Source: Sedimentisphaerales bacterium (GTDB lineage: Bacteria > Planctomycetota > Phycisphaerae > Sedimentisphaerales > SM23-30). From it: a stretch of DNA of 24,212 bases. Below the pieces are notes generated by a model that was not told the DNA's origin, ran no database searches, and was given only the letters and a program-made list of their open reading frames with translations. Location: positions 1 to 24,212 of the forward strand of contig CAXXMR010000001.1 of NCBI GenBank assembly GCA_963663805.2. Direction: 5' to 3'. The position numbers and the translations under genes were made by a program. Every line of letters starts with the position of its first letter. Within the stretch, counting starts at the first letter, position 1. This document shows positions 9,982 to 18,255 of this stretch, one piece after another.

Positions 9982-10467
9982 TTATTCTTCCTCAGCGACA
10001 TGATTCTCGGCACTGTCATATACTTTTCCAAAACCCAACTCCTCCAGGAGCAGGTCTTCCATTTTGTGCATCGCGTCGGCATCGCGTTCCACCTGGTCGT
10101 CAAAACCCAGTTGATGCAGCAGGCCGTGTACTGCATAAAGGTTCAATTCCGCTTGCGGGTTCATCTCTCTGCGTCGGGCTTCTTCCTGGGCTCGCTGGGC
10201 ATTGACCACAATTTCAAACTCTACGCGATTTTCCACTTTGTCCGCCGTGTCGGTTAAATCAAAACTGATAACATCCGTTACCATGTCCATGCCGAAATAC
10301 TGATTCTTCAGGTTGCGGATGGTTTCATTATCCACAATCACCAGACTCACCGAACCCGTTTTCACGCCACGGGTTGCCAGGACATGATTGACTGTCTGGT
10401 GCAGCCTCTGTTGGTCTATCTCCAGAGTATTCTGCTGATTGGTAATGTCAATGTAGATTTGACTCAT
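9982..10467 (-). CDS. ybeY: rRNA maturation factor YbeY (variant metal motif)
   Basis: TDVISF and HGLLHQLGFDD motifs, in the usual phoH-HD-ybeY-corC context. Confidence 0.9.
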   Translation of the reverse strand: MSQIYIDITNQQNTLEIDQQRLHQTVNHVLATRGVKTGSVSLVIVDNETIRNLKNQYFGMDMVTDVISFDLTDTADKVENRVEFEIVVNAQRAQEEARRREMNPQAELNLYAVHGLLHQLGFDDQVERDADAMHKMEDLLLEELGFGKVYDSAENHVAEEE

Positions 10468-10476
10468 CGTTATTTA

Positions 10477-12000
10477 CTATTTTGTCCCTAGACTGAGTTT
10501 TTCCAGTTTGTCATTTTTCGGATACGAGATTCTGCCGTGGTACATGCCGCAAAGACTTTTAACCAGGCTGGCCTCGATAATTTTCAACTGCCGCATGGTC
10601 AGATCGCAATCATCAAACTGGCCATCCTGCAAGCGTTTCATGGCCATGTTACGCACCACGCTTTCGATACGGCTGGGGGTCGGCTCCTGCATGGCTCGGG
10701 TGGCTCCTTCGACGGCATCGGTCAGCATAACAATGGCGGCTTCGAGCGTCTGAGGCTTCGGGCCGGGATAGCGAAATTCCGTATCAGCGATAGTGCCGCC
10801 GGTTTCGGCTTCTTTTTTTGAAGCTTCATGGTAGAAATATTCCACCAGGGTCGTGCCGTGATGGCTGCCCACAAACTGACGCAGCACCCAGGGCAGGTGA
10901 TATTCCCGTGCCAGCTCCAGCCCGTCTTTGACATGGCCGATGATAATCATGCGGCTCATGGTGGGCGAAAGCTCTTTGTGCTGATTGAAGTTTTCGGCCT
11001 GGTTCTCCACGAAATAATGCGGCTTGTTGATTTTGCCGATGTCGTGATAATAACTTCCTACCCGGCAGAGCAGGCCGTTGGCGTCGATGCTCTCGGCGGC
11101 AGCTTCAGCCATCATGCCGATTTGCCAGCTGTGATTGAATGTGCCCGGCGCTTCGACGGCCAGACGCTTGAGCAGAGGTTTGTTGACATCGCTGAAATCC
11201 AGCAGCGTCATATCCGTCGCGGTGTGGAATACTTTTTCGATTACCGGCAGCAGGCCCTGCATGAGAAACCCTACAAAAATCGCGCCGCCAGTGCCCCAGA
11301 CGCAATTCAGAAAAATAGTTCGGGTCGGTGTGCCTTCCCAGAATCCCACGAACCAGCTCATGACGAAAACAAACAGGCCGGCTACGCACGATACTTTGAT
11401 GAGCTGCGAACGGGTACGCACCCGTTTTAGCAATAGAATCGCCGTAACCGTGCCGCCACCCACCGTCAGCAGCAGGCCGATTTCGTGACTGAAAAAATTC
11501 GGATGGTCCCGCAATGCCAGCAACGACGCCATAGCCTGAAAACCCGAAAGTCCCAACGCGAAACGCTGATTATAGGCAATGGTCATTATGACCGCGGTAA
11601 TCATTACCGGCACGATGGTCAGATAGATGGGCCATTCGAAAATTACTATCAAACGTAATGGCCCGAGCATTGTCAGCATAGTCGCCAGCAGTACCGTCGC
11701 CCGCATATGGTCTTTGAGCAGTCGTTTTTCGCTTGCGGCAATATAAAGCCCCGCCGCTGCGCTGACCATCACCATCAGGCCGGTAACTATCAGTAGTGAG
11801 CGTGTCTGGTCCCAGTTTTGCAAACCGAAAGTCGATTCCGGCCCGGCCCCCATACCGAAAATCAGGCTGGCGAACAATACGAAAATAAAAAGCAGAATTA
11901 GCGAAACGGGCGATCCGGTTTCGTAAAACTGACGACGCCGAACCGCCATTTGTTCTTCGATTGCTTTGCGGGTAATACGTTTGGTTTTTTTCTTATTCAT
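10477..12000 (-). CDS. 7TM-HD membrane phosphohydrolase (PgpH/YqfF-like, HDIG)
   Basis: Multi-TM N-terminal half, then APGTFNHS, YYHDIGK, HVKDG, HHGT, FRYPGPKP, MLTDAVE. Start overlaps the phoH stop (ATGA). Confidence 0.9.
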   Translation of the reverse strand: MNKKKTKRITRKAIEEQMAVRRRQFYETGSPVSLILLFIFVLFASLIFGMGAGPESTFGLQNWDQTRSLLIVTGLMVMVSAAAGLYIAASEKRLLKDHMRATVLLATMLTMLGPLRLIVIFEWPIYLTIVPVMITAVIMTIAYNQRFALGLSGFQAMASLLALRDHPNFFSHEIGLLLTVGGGTVTAILLLKRVRTRSQLIKVSCVAGLFVFVMSWFVGFWEGTPTRTIFLNCVWGTGGAIFVGFLMQGLLPVIEKVFHTATDMTLLDFSDVNKPLLKRLAVEAPGTFNHSWQIGMMAEAAAESIDANGLLCRVGSYYHDIGKINKPHYFVENQAENFNQHKELSPTMSRMIIIGHVKDGLELAREYHLPWVLRQFVGSHHGTTLVEYFYHEASKKEAETGGTIADTEFRYPGPKPQTLEAAIVMLTDAVEGATRAMQEPTPSRIESVVRNMAMKRLQDGQFDDCDLTMRQLKIIEASLVKSLCGMYHGRISYPKNDKLEKLSLGTK

Positions 12001-12992
12001 GAATCAATTTCACCGCCGTGGGTTTTCTGTTCGTTATGGTCGGGTGTTTCCTCTGGATGTTTGCCGTTATCGTAGGCCTTGATAATATTCTGGACCAGCC
12101 GATGGCGAACAATGTCACGGTCTTTCAACTGAACAAAAGCTATACCCTTTATCCCTTTCAATCGGGCCGTGGCGTCAATCAGCCCTGATTGCTGGCCGCG
12201 GGGCAGGTCAACCTGGCTGTCGTCGCCGGTTACAACCATCTTCGAGTCGTGCCCCAAACGCGTCAGAAACATCAGCATCTGGGCGACAGTGGTGTTCTGG
12301 GCTTCATCCAGAATTACCAGAGCGTCGTTGAACGTCCGCCCGCGCATAAACGCCAGCGGAATTACTTCTATAACGTCATTGGCCAGAAAACGCTGCACCT
12401 GGTCATATTCCATCATGTCTTCCAACGCGTCAAACAGCGGACGCAGATATGGGTTGACCTTGGCCTGCAAATCTCCGGGCAGGAATCCAAGTTTTTCGCC
12501 CGCTTCCACCGCTGGGCGAGCCAGCACGATGCGACGAATATTTTTGTCCTTCAAAAGTGATACCGCACAAGCCACCGCCAGATAGGTCTTGCCCGTACCT
12601 GCCGGACCAGTGCAAAAGCATAAATCGCTCTTCTCTATCGCTTCAAGATATTCTTCCTGACCACGACTGCGGGGCTTGATGACCCGCCCGTGCACATAAA
12701 CGCTGACTTCATTCTTACGCAAATCATCCTGATCGCCCGAAGCTGCCTCGCGAATCAGGTCACGAATGTCGTCGCGGGTCAAATAGTTCGTTTTGTTCAG
12801 CCATTCCTGCATCAGATCAAACAGCCGCACCGCTTTATCAACCGAATCACGCGAACCCATAATCTTGACGCGATTGTCGCGGGCTGACAACTGTACGTCA
12901 CATACCTGTCGTATTGTCCGCAGATTTATATCAGCAGGCCCAAAAAGCTGTAAACGCTTGTCGGGGTTTTTCAGCGTAAGTGTAAGTTCCAA
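11997..12992 (-). CDS. phoH: PhoH-family ATPase (YbeZ-like)
   Basis: GPAGTGKT, RPAVEAGEKLGFLPGD, MRGRTF, ILDEAQN, VRHRLV. Probable start is TTG 12992 (ORF track starts at 13025). Confidence 0.93.
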   Translation of the reverse strand: MELTLTLKNPDKRLQLFGPADINLRTIRQVCDVQLSARDNRVKIMGSRDSVDKAVRLFDLMQEWLNKTNYLTRDDIRDLIREAASGDQDDLRKNEVSVYVHGRVIKPRSRGQEEYLEAIEKSDLCFCTGPAGTGKTYLAVACAVSLLKDKNIRRIVLARPAVEAGEKLGFLPGDLQAKVNPYLRPLFDALEDMMEYDQVQRFLANDVIEVIPLAFMRGRTFNDALVILDEAQNTTVAQMLMFLTRLGHDSKMVVTGDDSQVDLPRGQQSGLIDATARLKGIKGIAFVQLKDRDIVRHRLVQNIIKAYDNGKHPEETPDHNEQKTHGGEIDS

Positions 12993-13040
12993 AATTTGTT
13001 TCCTGTCACTCCCAATAAAAAACAAACAGCCCGGCCCGCC

Positions 13041-13910
13041 TTACGCGAGGCTCAAAATCATATAGCCAAACGGGGCCGCGACCACCACCGAATCCACCAC
13101 GTCCAGCACGCCGCCGAACTCTGGTATCAGGCTGGCCGAATCCTTTATCGCACCGTCACGCTTGAGCATCGACTCCAGCAGGTCGCCTAGTTGACCCGTT
13201 ACGCCCAGGACCAGGCCGAAAATTACGGCACCGCCAAAGGGTATTATATCGGATATCACCGCCAGAAGTGAAGAAACAATTGTAGATAACAAAATTCCCC
13301 CAAAAAATCCTTCCCAGGTCTTCTTGGGGCTGATATTGGGCATCCATTTATGCCTGCCAATGGCCCGACCGGTGAAGTAAGCCCCTATATCAGCACATTT
13401 TACAGTCGAGATGACCATCACCAGCGGGGCTATTTGCTGCCAGATGGTAAGCCCATTTGCGCCCAGCAGCCTCAATTTTACCGTAAAAAAACAGCCACCG
13501 CCCAGATAAATCATCGCCAGGCAATGTCCCGAAAGGTGTCGGTAGGTGTTTTCCGTACCCCATTTCCTACCCTGAGCCAGCGCTGCCAGAAACAGCCCCG
13601 CCGAGCAGATGAGCATCACCAGCACCCCTTCGTCCAGCCCGACAAATTGTCCCCAGAACGGTTCGGTCGCCAAGGCCCCCGCAGCCAGCATCGCTATGCC
13701 CAGTGAGCCGGTCGTGCCCCGATTTCGCGCCAGCCGGTCCAGTTCGACCGTGCCGCCCAGTACGAACAATCCCGCCAGTATCGTAAAACCCAATCCCCGC
13801 AGATTCACCGACCAGACCGGATTATCTCCCGCCGAAAGTGCTGCGTCACCTACAAAAAGAACTGCCAGAACCAGTATCATTAAACTGCCGAAAAGCAGAC
13901 GTTTTGCCAT
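13041..13910 (-). CDS. cdsA: Phosphatidate cytidylyltransferase
   Basis: Polytopic membrane protein with DIGAYFTG, ISPKKTWEG, GDLLESMLKRDGAIKDS...GGVLD. Follows uppS. Confidence 0.93.
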   Translation of the reverse strand: MAKRLLFGSLMILVLAVLFVGDAALSAGDNPVWSVNLRGLGFTILAGLFVLGGTVELDRLARNRGTTGSLGIAMLAAGALATEPFWGQFVGLDEGVLVMLICSAGLFLAALAQGRKWGTENTYRHLSGHCLAMIYLGGGCFFTVKLRLLGANGLTIWQQIAPLVMVISTVKCADIGAYFTGRAIGRHKWMPNISPKKTWEGFFGGILLSTIVSSLLAVISDIIPFGGAVIFGLVLGVTGQLGDLLESMLKRDGAIKDSASLIPEFGGVLDVVDSVVVAAPFGYMILSLA

Positions 13911-13917
13911 TAAAAAT

Positions 13918-13938
13918 AAAAGGCGTCAGACACCTTTT
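13918..13938 (-). repeat. Short imperfect palindrome just before the cdsA start (terminator-like or REP-like)
   Basis: AAAAGGCGTCAGACACCTTTT. On the minus strand it pairs fully with one G-U and is followed by ATTTTTA-ATG. Confidence 0.5.
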
Positions 13939-13942
13939 CCTT

Positions 13943-14710
13943 TCATCTGTTGGCCGGGTTCAGACCGCCGAATCGCCGGTTACGCCGGGAATATTCCAGA
14001 ATCGCTTTATGCAGAACTTCGTGCGTGAAGTCAGGCCAGAAAGTGTCGGTGACATAAAGCTCAGCGTAGGAAATCTGCCACAACAGATAATTACTGATAC
14101 GCATCTCGCCGGCTGTACGAATCAACAAATCCGGGTCCGGCAGATTGCGGGTATCTAGGTATGAGCTTACCATATCTTCGTCGATGGCCGCGATTTCCAG
14201 TCTGCCGTCTTTTACGTCGGTTGCGATGTTGCGAATCGCCGCCGCGATTTCCGCCCGCCCCGAATAGTTTAAGGCTAGACAAAGCACCATGCCGGTATTA
14301 TTCTTACTTAACTCAACCGTCTCACGCAGTTCCTTGAGTACGTGTTCGGGCAGATGTTCTTCAAAACCCAGATGACGCACCCGAATATTATTACTCATTA
14401 TAGTGGGCCGCTCTGCGATGAGATACTGGGCATAAAGTTTCATTAGCCCTTCAACCTCTTCCTTAGGCCGTTTCCAGTTTTCCGTACTGAACGAATACAG
14501 CGTCAGCACCTCAATGCCTAGCTTGGCACATTCAGTAAGGGTATACTGTACCGCCCGACTGCCGTTCTGGTGGCCCTCAATACGCGGACGCCCTTTCTCC
14601 TGAGCCCAACGCCCGTTGCCGTCCATAATAATCGCCACATGACGCGGCATTTTCTCCCAGGGAATCCCCAGGACCGGATGAATTTGCTGATTGGATTGTT
14701 TTTCAGACAT
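13943..14710 (-). CDS. uppS: Undecaprenyl diphosphate synthase (cis-isoprenyltransferase)
   Basis: PRHVAIIMDGNGRWA, YSFSTENWKRP, LNYSGR, PDPDLLIRTAGEMRISNYLLWQ, RRFGG. Confidence 0.97.
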   Translation of the reverse strand: MSEKQSNQQIHPVLGIPWEKMPRHVAIIMDGNGRWAQEKGRPRIEGHQNGSRAVQYTLTECAKLGIEVLTLYSFSTENWKRPKEEVEGLMKLYAQYLIAERPTIMSNNIRVRHLGFEEHLPEHVLKELRETVELSKNNTGMVLCLALNYSGRAEIAAAIRNIATDVKDGRLEIAAIDEDMVSSYLDTRNLPDPDLLIRTAGEMRISNYLLWQISYAELYVTDTFWPDFTHEVLHKAILEYSRRNRRFGGLNPANR

Positions 14711-14773
14711 TAAAATACCTGCCGTATAGGTCAGTTGGTGTGTTTATTGGGTGCCGGAAAAAATATCATGATT

Positions 14774-16063
14774 TTACTGCGGCACTGCCAGGGCCTGCTT
14801 CCGGCCCGGACCTACGCCTATCATGCTGATGGGGGTTTCCAGGATTTCGCTCAGGCGGCGGACGTAGTTTTTGGCGTTTTCCGGCAATTGTGCAAAATCT
14901 GTTATGCCGGAAAGGTCTTCGTCGAAACCGGGCAGGGTTTCGTAGATGCATTCTACTTCTTCCAGTACGTCTGCTTCCGGAGGGAAAAACGTAAGTGTCT
15001 GTCCCTTGTATTTGTACGCCTTGCAGATTTTCAGTTCCTTCAAGCCCGCCAGAGTATCAACATGCTGGACCGCCAGGCTGTCAATTCCGCCCAGTTTAAT
15101 CGAATAACCCACGCTCACCGCGTCGAACCAGCCGCAGCGGCGAGGCCGCCCGGTGGTTGTGCCGTATTCATGACCTTTTTCACGAATATAATTGCCGGTT
15201 TCGTTGTCCTGTTCGGTCGGGAAAGGCCCGGCCCCTACCCGTGAAGTGTAGGCCTTGACCACACCCAGAAAAGTATCAACCTTTTTTGCCGGCACGCCCG
15301 TCGCCGCCGAAAGACCAACGGCACTGGCATTGCTGGAAGTCACAAACGGGAATGTCCCATGGTCCAAATCCAGCAACGAACCCTGGGCACCTTCAAATAA
15401 TATTGATTTACCTTCATCGAGGGCCTTGTGCAAAATCTCGGCAGTGTCAGCGGCCATGGGCTTGAGAAATTTCGCCCAGACCAGACATTTTTGGAAAACT
15501 TCATTGGCGTCCATTGGTTCGGTGTCGCTGTAAAGAGCCGCGAAAATCTTATTTTTAATCGCTACAATACGCTCAATTTTTTCTTTGAGCTTGGCTTCGT
15601 CGAACAAATCCGCCACCCGAACCGCGGTGCTGCGCGTAACTTTGTCACTATAGCAGGGGCCGATACCGCGGATGGTCGTGCCAATTTTATCTTTACCCAG
15701 AGCAGCTTCGCTCAGGGCGTCCTGTTTTTTGTGATAGTCCATCACCAGATGGGCCCGACCGGAAATACGCATCTTACCGGCAGCGTCAATGCCGCGTTCT
15801 TTCAGACCGGCGATTTCCTGAGTGATGATGTCGGCATCCAGTACCACGCCGTTAGTAATCAGGCAGAGTACATTGTCGCGGAGGATACCGCTGGGGATAA
15901 GGTGCAGAGCGAAGGGTTTTTCGCCGGCGCTGCGTACCACGGAATGACCGGCATTGGCTCCGCCGCTGTAGCGTACCACCAGGTCTGCCGACTCGCCGAG
16001 GATGTCAACTACCTTACCCTTACCTTCGTCACCCCACTGCAAGCCCACAACACAAGTATTCAT
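14774..16063 (-). CDS. purA: Adenylosuccinate synthetase
   Basis: QWGDEGKGK, GGANAGH, KIGTT.RGIGP, EGAQG, EYGTTTGRPRRCGWFD. Confidence 0.98.
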   Translation of the reverse strand: MNTCVVGLQWGDEGKGKVVDILGESADLVVRYSGGANAGHSVVRSAGEKPFALHLIPSGILRDNVLCLITNGVVLDADIITQEIAGLKERGIDAAGKMRISGRAHLVMDYHKKQDALSEAALGKDKIGTTIRGIGPCYSDKVTRSTAVRVADLFDEAKLKEKIERIVAIKNKIFAALYSDTEPMDANEVFQKCLVWAKFLKPMAADTAEILHKALDEGKSILFEGAQGSLLDLDHGTFPFVTSSNASAVGLSAATGVPAKKVDTFLGVVKAYTSRVGAGPFPTEQDNETGNYIREKGHEYGTTTGRPRRCGWFDAVSVGYSIKLGGIDSLAVQHVDTLAGLKELKICKAYKYKGQTLTFFPPEADVLEEVECIYETLPGFDEDLSGITDFAQLPENAKNYVRRLSEILETPISMIGVGPGRKQALAVPQ

Positions 16064-16125
16064 CCGCGTAATCCTTTTTCAGGTACCACAATACATCCGG
16101 CTGGCATTAGCACAGCAAAATCGCT

Positions 16126-16154
16126 AGACTAACCGAGCAGGAACGCCCGGTCAA
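16126..16154 (-). promoter_or_regulatory. Putative sigma70 promoter of the purA cluster
   Basis: Minus strand TTGACC (16154-16149), 17-nt spacer, TAGTCT (16131-16126). Confidence 0.55.
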
Positions 16155-16211
16155 GCATTTGTTGACCTTTTAGAATACCGAGAACCTTAACTGTTCATCT
16201 TGAAATGGCCT

Positions 16212-16658
16212 ATGCGTAAATTCTTGTTTTACATGCTGTTATTGCTGCTGAAACTTCCGGCTGGGGCTCAATCTCCGACCCCGGTGATTCCGCCCGAAGT
16301 TTTCGAACGGATTGCCCGTAGTCGCCAGATGACCACCATATCATCAGGGCCGGAGCTGATTTCTCCTGCCGGGCGAATTCTCCTGGGAGTGGCGGGACTG
16401 GCGTTGATTGTTGGGGCAGCGTTGATTTGCGGACATCATCGTTGGTCGATAAGCAAGGATAACTTCAGACTTATTCTTGGGTTATGTGGTTCTTGGGCGG
16501 CTCTGTTGATGGCCGTGGCCCTTCAGGGACACTACTATATCCATTTAGCCCCAGCCCTGTGTTCTACGCTGACTGGGTTTTTAATAGGTGTTTTGCTTGT
16601 TTATCCTATGCTCGGCTCGCCCCGGAAAAATTCTAGAAATGTCAGTTCAGGCGGTTAA
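16212..16658 (+). CDS. Hypothetical membrane protein (signal peptide plus ~3 TM helices)
   Basis: MRKFLFYMLLLLLKLPAGA signal-like N-terminus and three hydrophobic segments. ATG 16212 preferred over TTG 16200. Confidence 0.65.
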   Translation: MRKFLFYMLLLLLKLPAGAQSPTPVIPPEVFERIARSRQMTTISSGPELISPAGRILLGVAGLALIVGAALICGHHRWSISKDNFRLILGLCGSWAALLMAVALQGHYYIHLAPALCSTLTGFLIGVLLVYPMLGSPRKNSRNVSSGG

Positions 16659-16755
16659 AATGACCTCTGGTGCGGTGCGAGGGTCGTGTCGCCGTATGCG
16701 GGTTTATTCATATAACAGCCTGCAATTCAGGGGTTTACATAAGAAAGGTGTAATT

Positions 16756-17196
16756 ATGACCACCGTGAAAAATGGCGATGCCGTGCAGGTGCACTATACC
16801 GGAAAATTTGATGATGGTACGGTGTTTGACAGTTCAGACGGACGCGACCCCCTGAAATTTACCGTTGGGGCTGGCCAGGTAATCCCCGGTTTCGACAGAG
16901 CCGTCGAGGGTATGGAGCAGGGCCAGTCGAAAACTTTTACTATCCCGTGCGAACAGGCCTATGGCGAGAGTAACCCCAACCTGATTCTCAAGGTCGGCAA
17001 AGACTCTATGCCCCAGGATGCGGAAGTCAAGGAAGGCATGGTACTCCAGAGCAAGCAGGAAGATGGCCGGATGATTCAGTTTGTAGTTGCCGAGGTCGGC
17101 GAAGCCGAAGTTACCCTTGATGCTAATCACCCCATGGCTGGCAAAGACCTGACCTTCGAAATCGAACTGGTCGATTTGCAGGCCGCCGCGGAATAG
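16756..17196 (+). CDS. FKBP-type peptidyl-prolyl isomerase, SlyD/SlpA-like, no His-rich tail
   Basis: VQVHYTG...GTVFDSS, GQVIPGF, AYG, insert-in-flap domain, DANHPMAGKDLTFEIEL. ATG 16756 follows SD-like AAAGGTG. Confidence 0.92.
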   Translation: MTTVKNGDAVQVHYTGKFDDGTVFDSSDGRDPLKFTVGAGQVIPGFDRAVEGMEQGQSKTFTIPCEQAYGESNPNLILKVGKDSMPQDAEVKEGMVLQSKQEDGRMIQFVVAEVGEAEVTLDANHPMAGKDLTFEIELVDLQAAAE

Positions 17197-17210
17197 TGGA
17201 ACCTGACTCA

Positions 17211-17510
17211 ATGACAGAAGATTACGATTATTACGACGAAGACGACCTCGGACCCGACCAGGATGAAATCGATGCCATCGACGAATCCGTTCGGTTCCGG
17301 GACTTCGTTCGTCTCTGCCCCGGCTGTAAACGCCAGGTAACTGAACAGATGGATTCTTGCCCCTTCTGCGGTGACAATCTCTTCGATTATTTCAAAGACA
17401 GCACCTTCGCCCCCAAAAAAGGCCCGTTAACCAAAATCTTCGCCGCCATCATAATTACCCTGGCAGTGTTGGGTGGCCTAATGTTTATTTTGGCTTCGAT
17501 ACGATTTTAA
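17211..17510 (+). CDS. Hypothetical zinc-ribbon protein with C-terminal membrane anchor
   Basis: Acidic N-terminus, CPGC-x10-CPFC, terminal hydrophobic helix. Start is ATG 17211 or GTG 17196. Confidence 0.7.
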   Translation: MTEDYDYYDEDDLGPDQDEIDAIDESVRFRDFVRLCPGCKRQVTEQMDSCPFCGDNLFDYFKDSTFAPKKGPLTKIFAAIIITLAVLGGLMFILASIRF

Positions 17511-17518
17511 CTATCCAC

Positions 17519-17547
17519 TTGACTTTTGTGCCACTAGGTGGTATGGT
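17519..17547 (+). promoter_or_regulatory. Toxin-antitoxin promoter with palindromic operator in the spacer
   Basis: TTGACT (17519-17524), 17-nt spacer, TATGGT (17542-17547) with TGn extension. CCAC-TAG-GTGG at 17531-17541. Confidence 0.7.
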
Positions 17548-17558
17548 GGGTGCGGGTT

Positions 17559-17900
17559 ATGAAACGCATTTTTATAGAGCTTGCTTCTTTTACGAGATTT
17601 ATAAAAGACCGAAAGATAACCGAGGATATGCTTAACTCTTTGCAGCAGGATATGTTGCATGAATCAGGAGTGACAATCAAGAAAACCGGGGGGCTGAAAA
17701 AGTTAAGGTTCGGTGCTCAAGGCCGGGGGAAAAGTGGTGGCTGGAGAGCTATTTATGCTGAATATCCAGACCAGGGAATAGTGGTTTTGATAACTGCTTT
17801 TTCCAAGAATGTGCAGGAAAATATTAGTGCCTCTGAGGCCCGGCAACTTAAACAATTAAAACAGTTATTGGACATTGAAATAGGAAAATATAATGACTGA
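17559..17900 (+). CDS. higB: Type II toxin, RelE/ParE superfamily (HigB-2-like)
   Basis: FIEL..F, TGGLKKLRF, GRGKSGGWRAIY, LITAFSKNVQENIS signature. Toxin-first order. ATG 17559. Confidence 0.85.
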   Translation: MKRIFIELASFTRFIKDRKITEDMLNSLQQDMLHESGVTIKKTGGLKKLRFGAQGRGKSGGWRAIYAEYPDQGIVVLITAFSKNVQENISASEARQLKQLKQLLDIEIGKYND

Positions 17901-18228
17901 CCGCAAATTTTCCTCGACTGATAATAACGAGTTTTTCGAAAGTATTCAAAATGCTCTTATTGAGGGTATTGATGACCTCAAGGCGGGTAAAAAGCTCACG
18001 GTGCGTACCGCTGCTTTGCCCGACCCGCCTCCTGAGCTGGCACCTAAGGATATCATAAGTTTGCGAGAAAAACTTAAACTGAGCCAACAGGTTTTTGCGA
18101 ACTTGCTTAATGCTTCTGTCAAAACCATACAGGCATGGGAGCAAGGTAGAAAAAAACCCAGTGGTCCATCACTACGTTTGTTGCAAATAGCCCGTAATTA
18201 TCCTGAAGCTCTAATCAGCAAGCAATAA
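17893..18228 (+). CDS. higA: XRE/HTH antitoxin (HigA-2-like)
   Basis: LREKLKLSQQVFANLLNASVKTIQAWEQGRKKPSGPSLRLL HTH. Overlaps the toxin stop by 8 nt. Confidence 0.85.
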   Translation: MTDRKFSSTDNNEFFESIQNALIEGIDDLKAGKKLTVRTAALPDPPPELAPKDIISLREKLKLSQQVFANLLNASVKTIQAWEQGRKKPSGPSLRLLQIARNYPEALISKQ

Positions 18229-18255
18229 AAGAAATGTTTTGTTGCAGAGTGTTGA

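Noticed and set aside
15428..16132. 234-aa + strand ORF (and similar ones at 8419-9141, 10828-11430, 18385-19128)
   Set aside because: Antisense shadows of well-supported housekeeping genes.
16588..16755. 56-aa N-terminal extension of the FKBP in the ORF track
   Set aside because: Overlaps the upstream gene; an SD and the family N-terminus point to ATG 16756.
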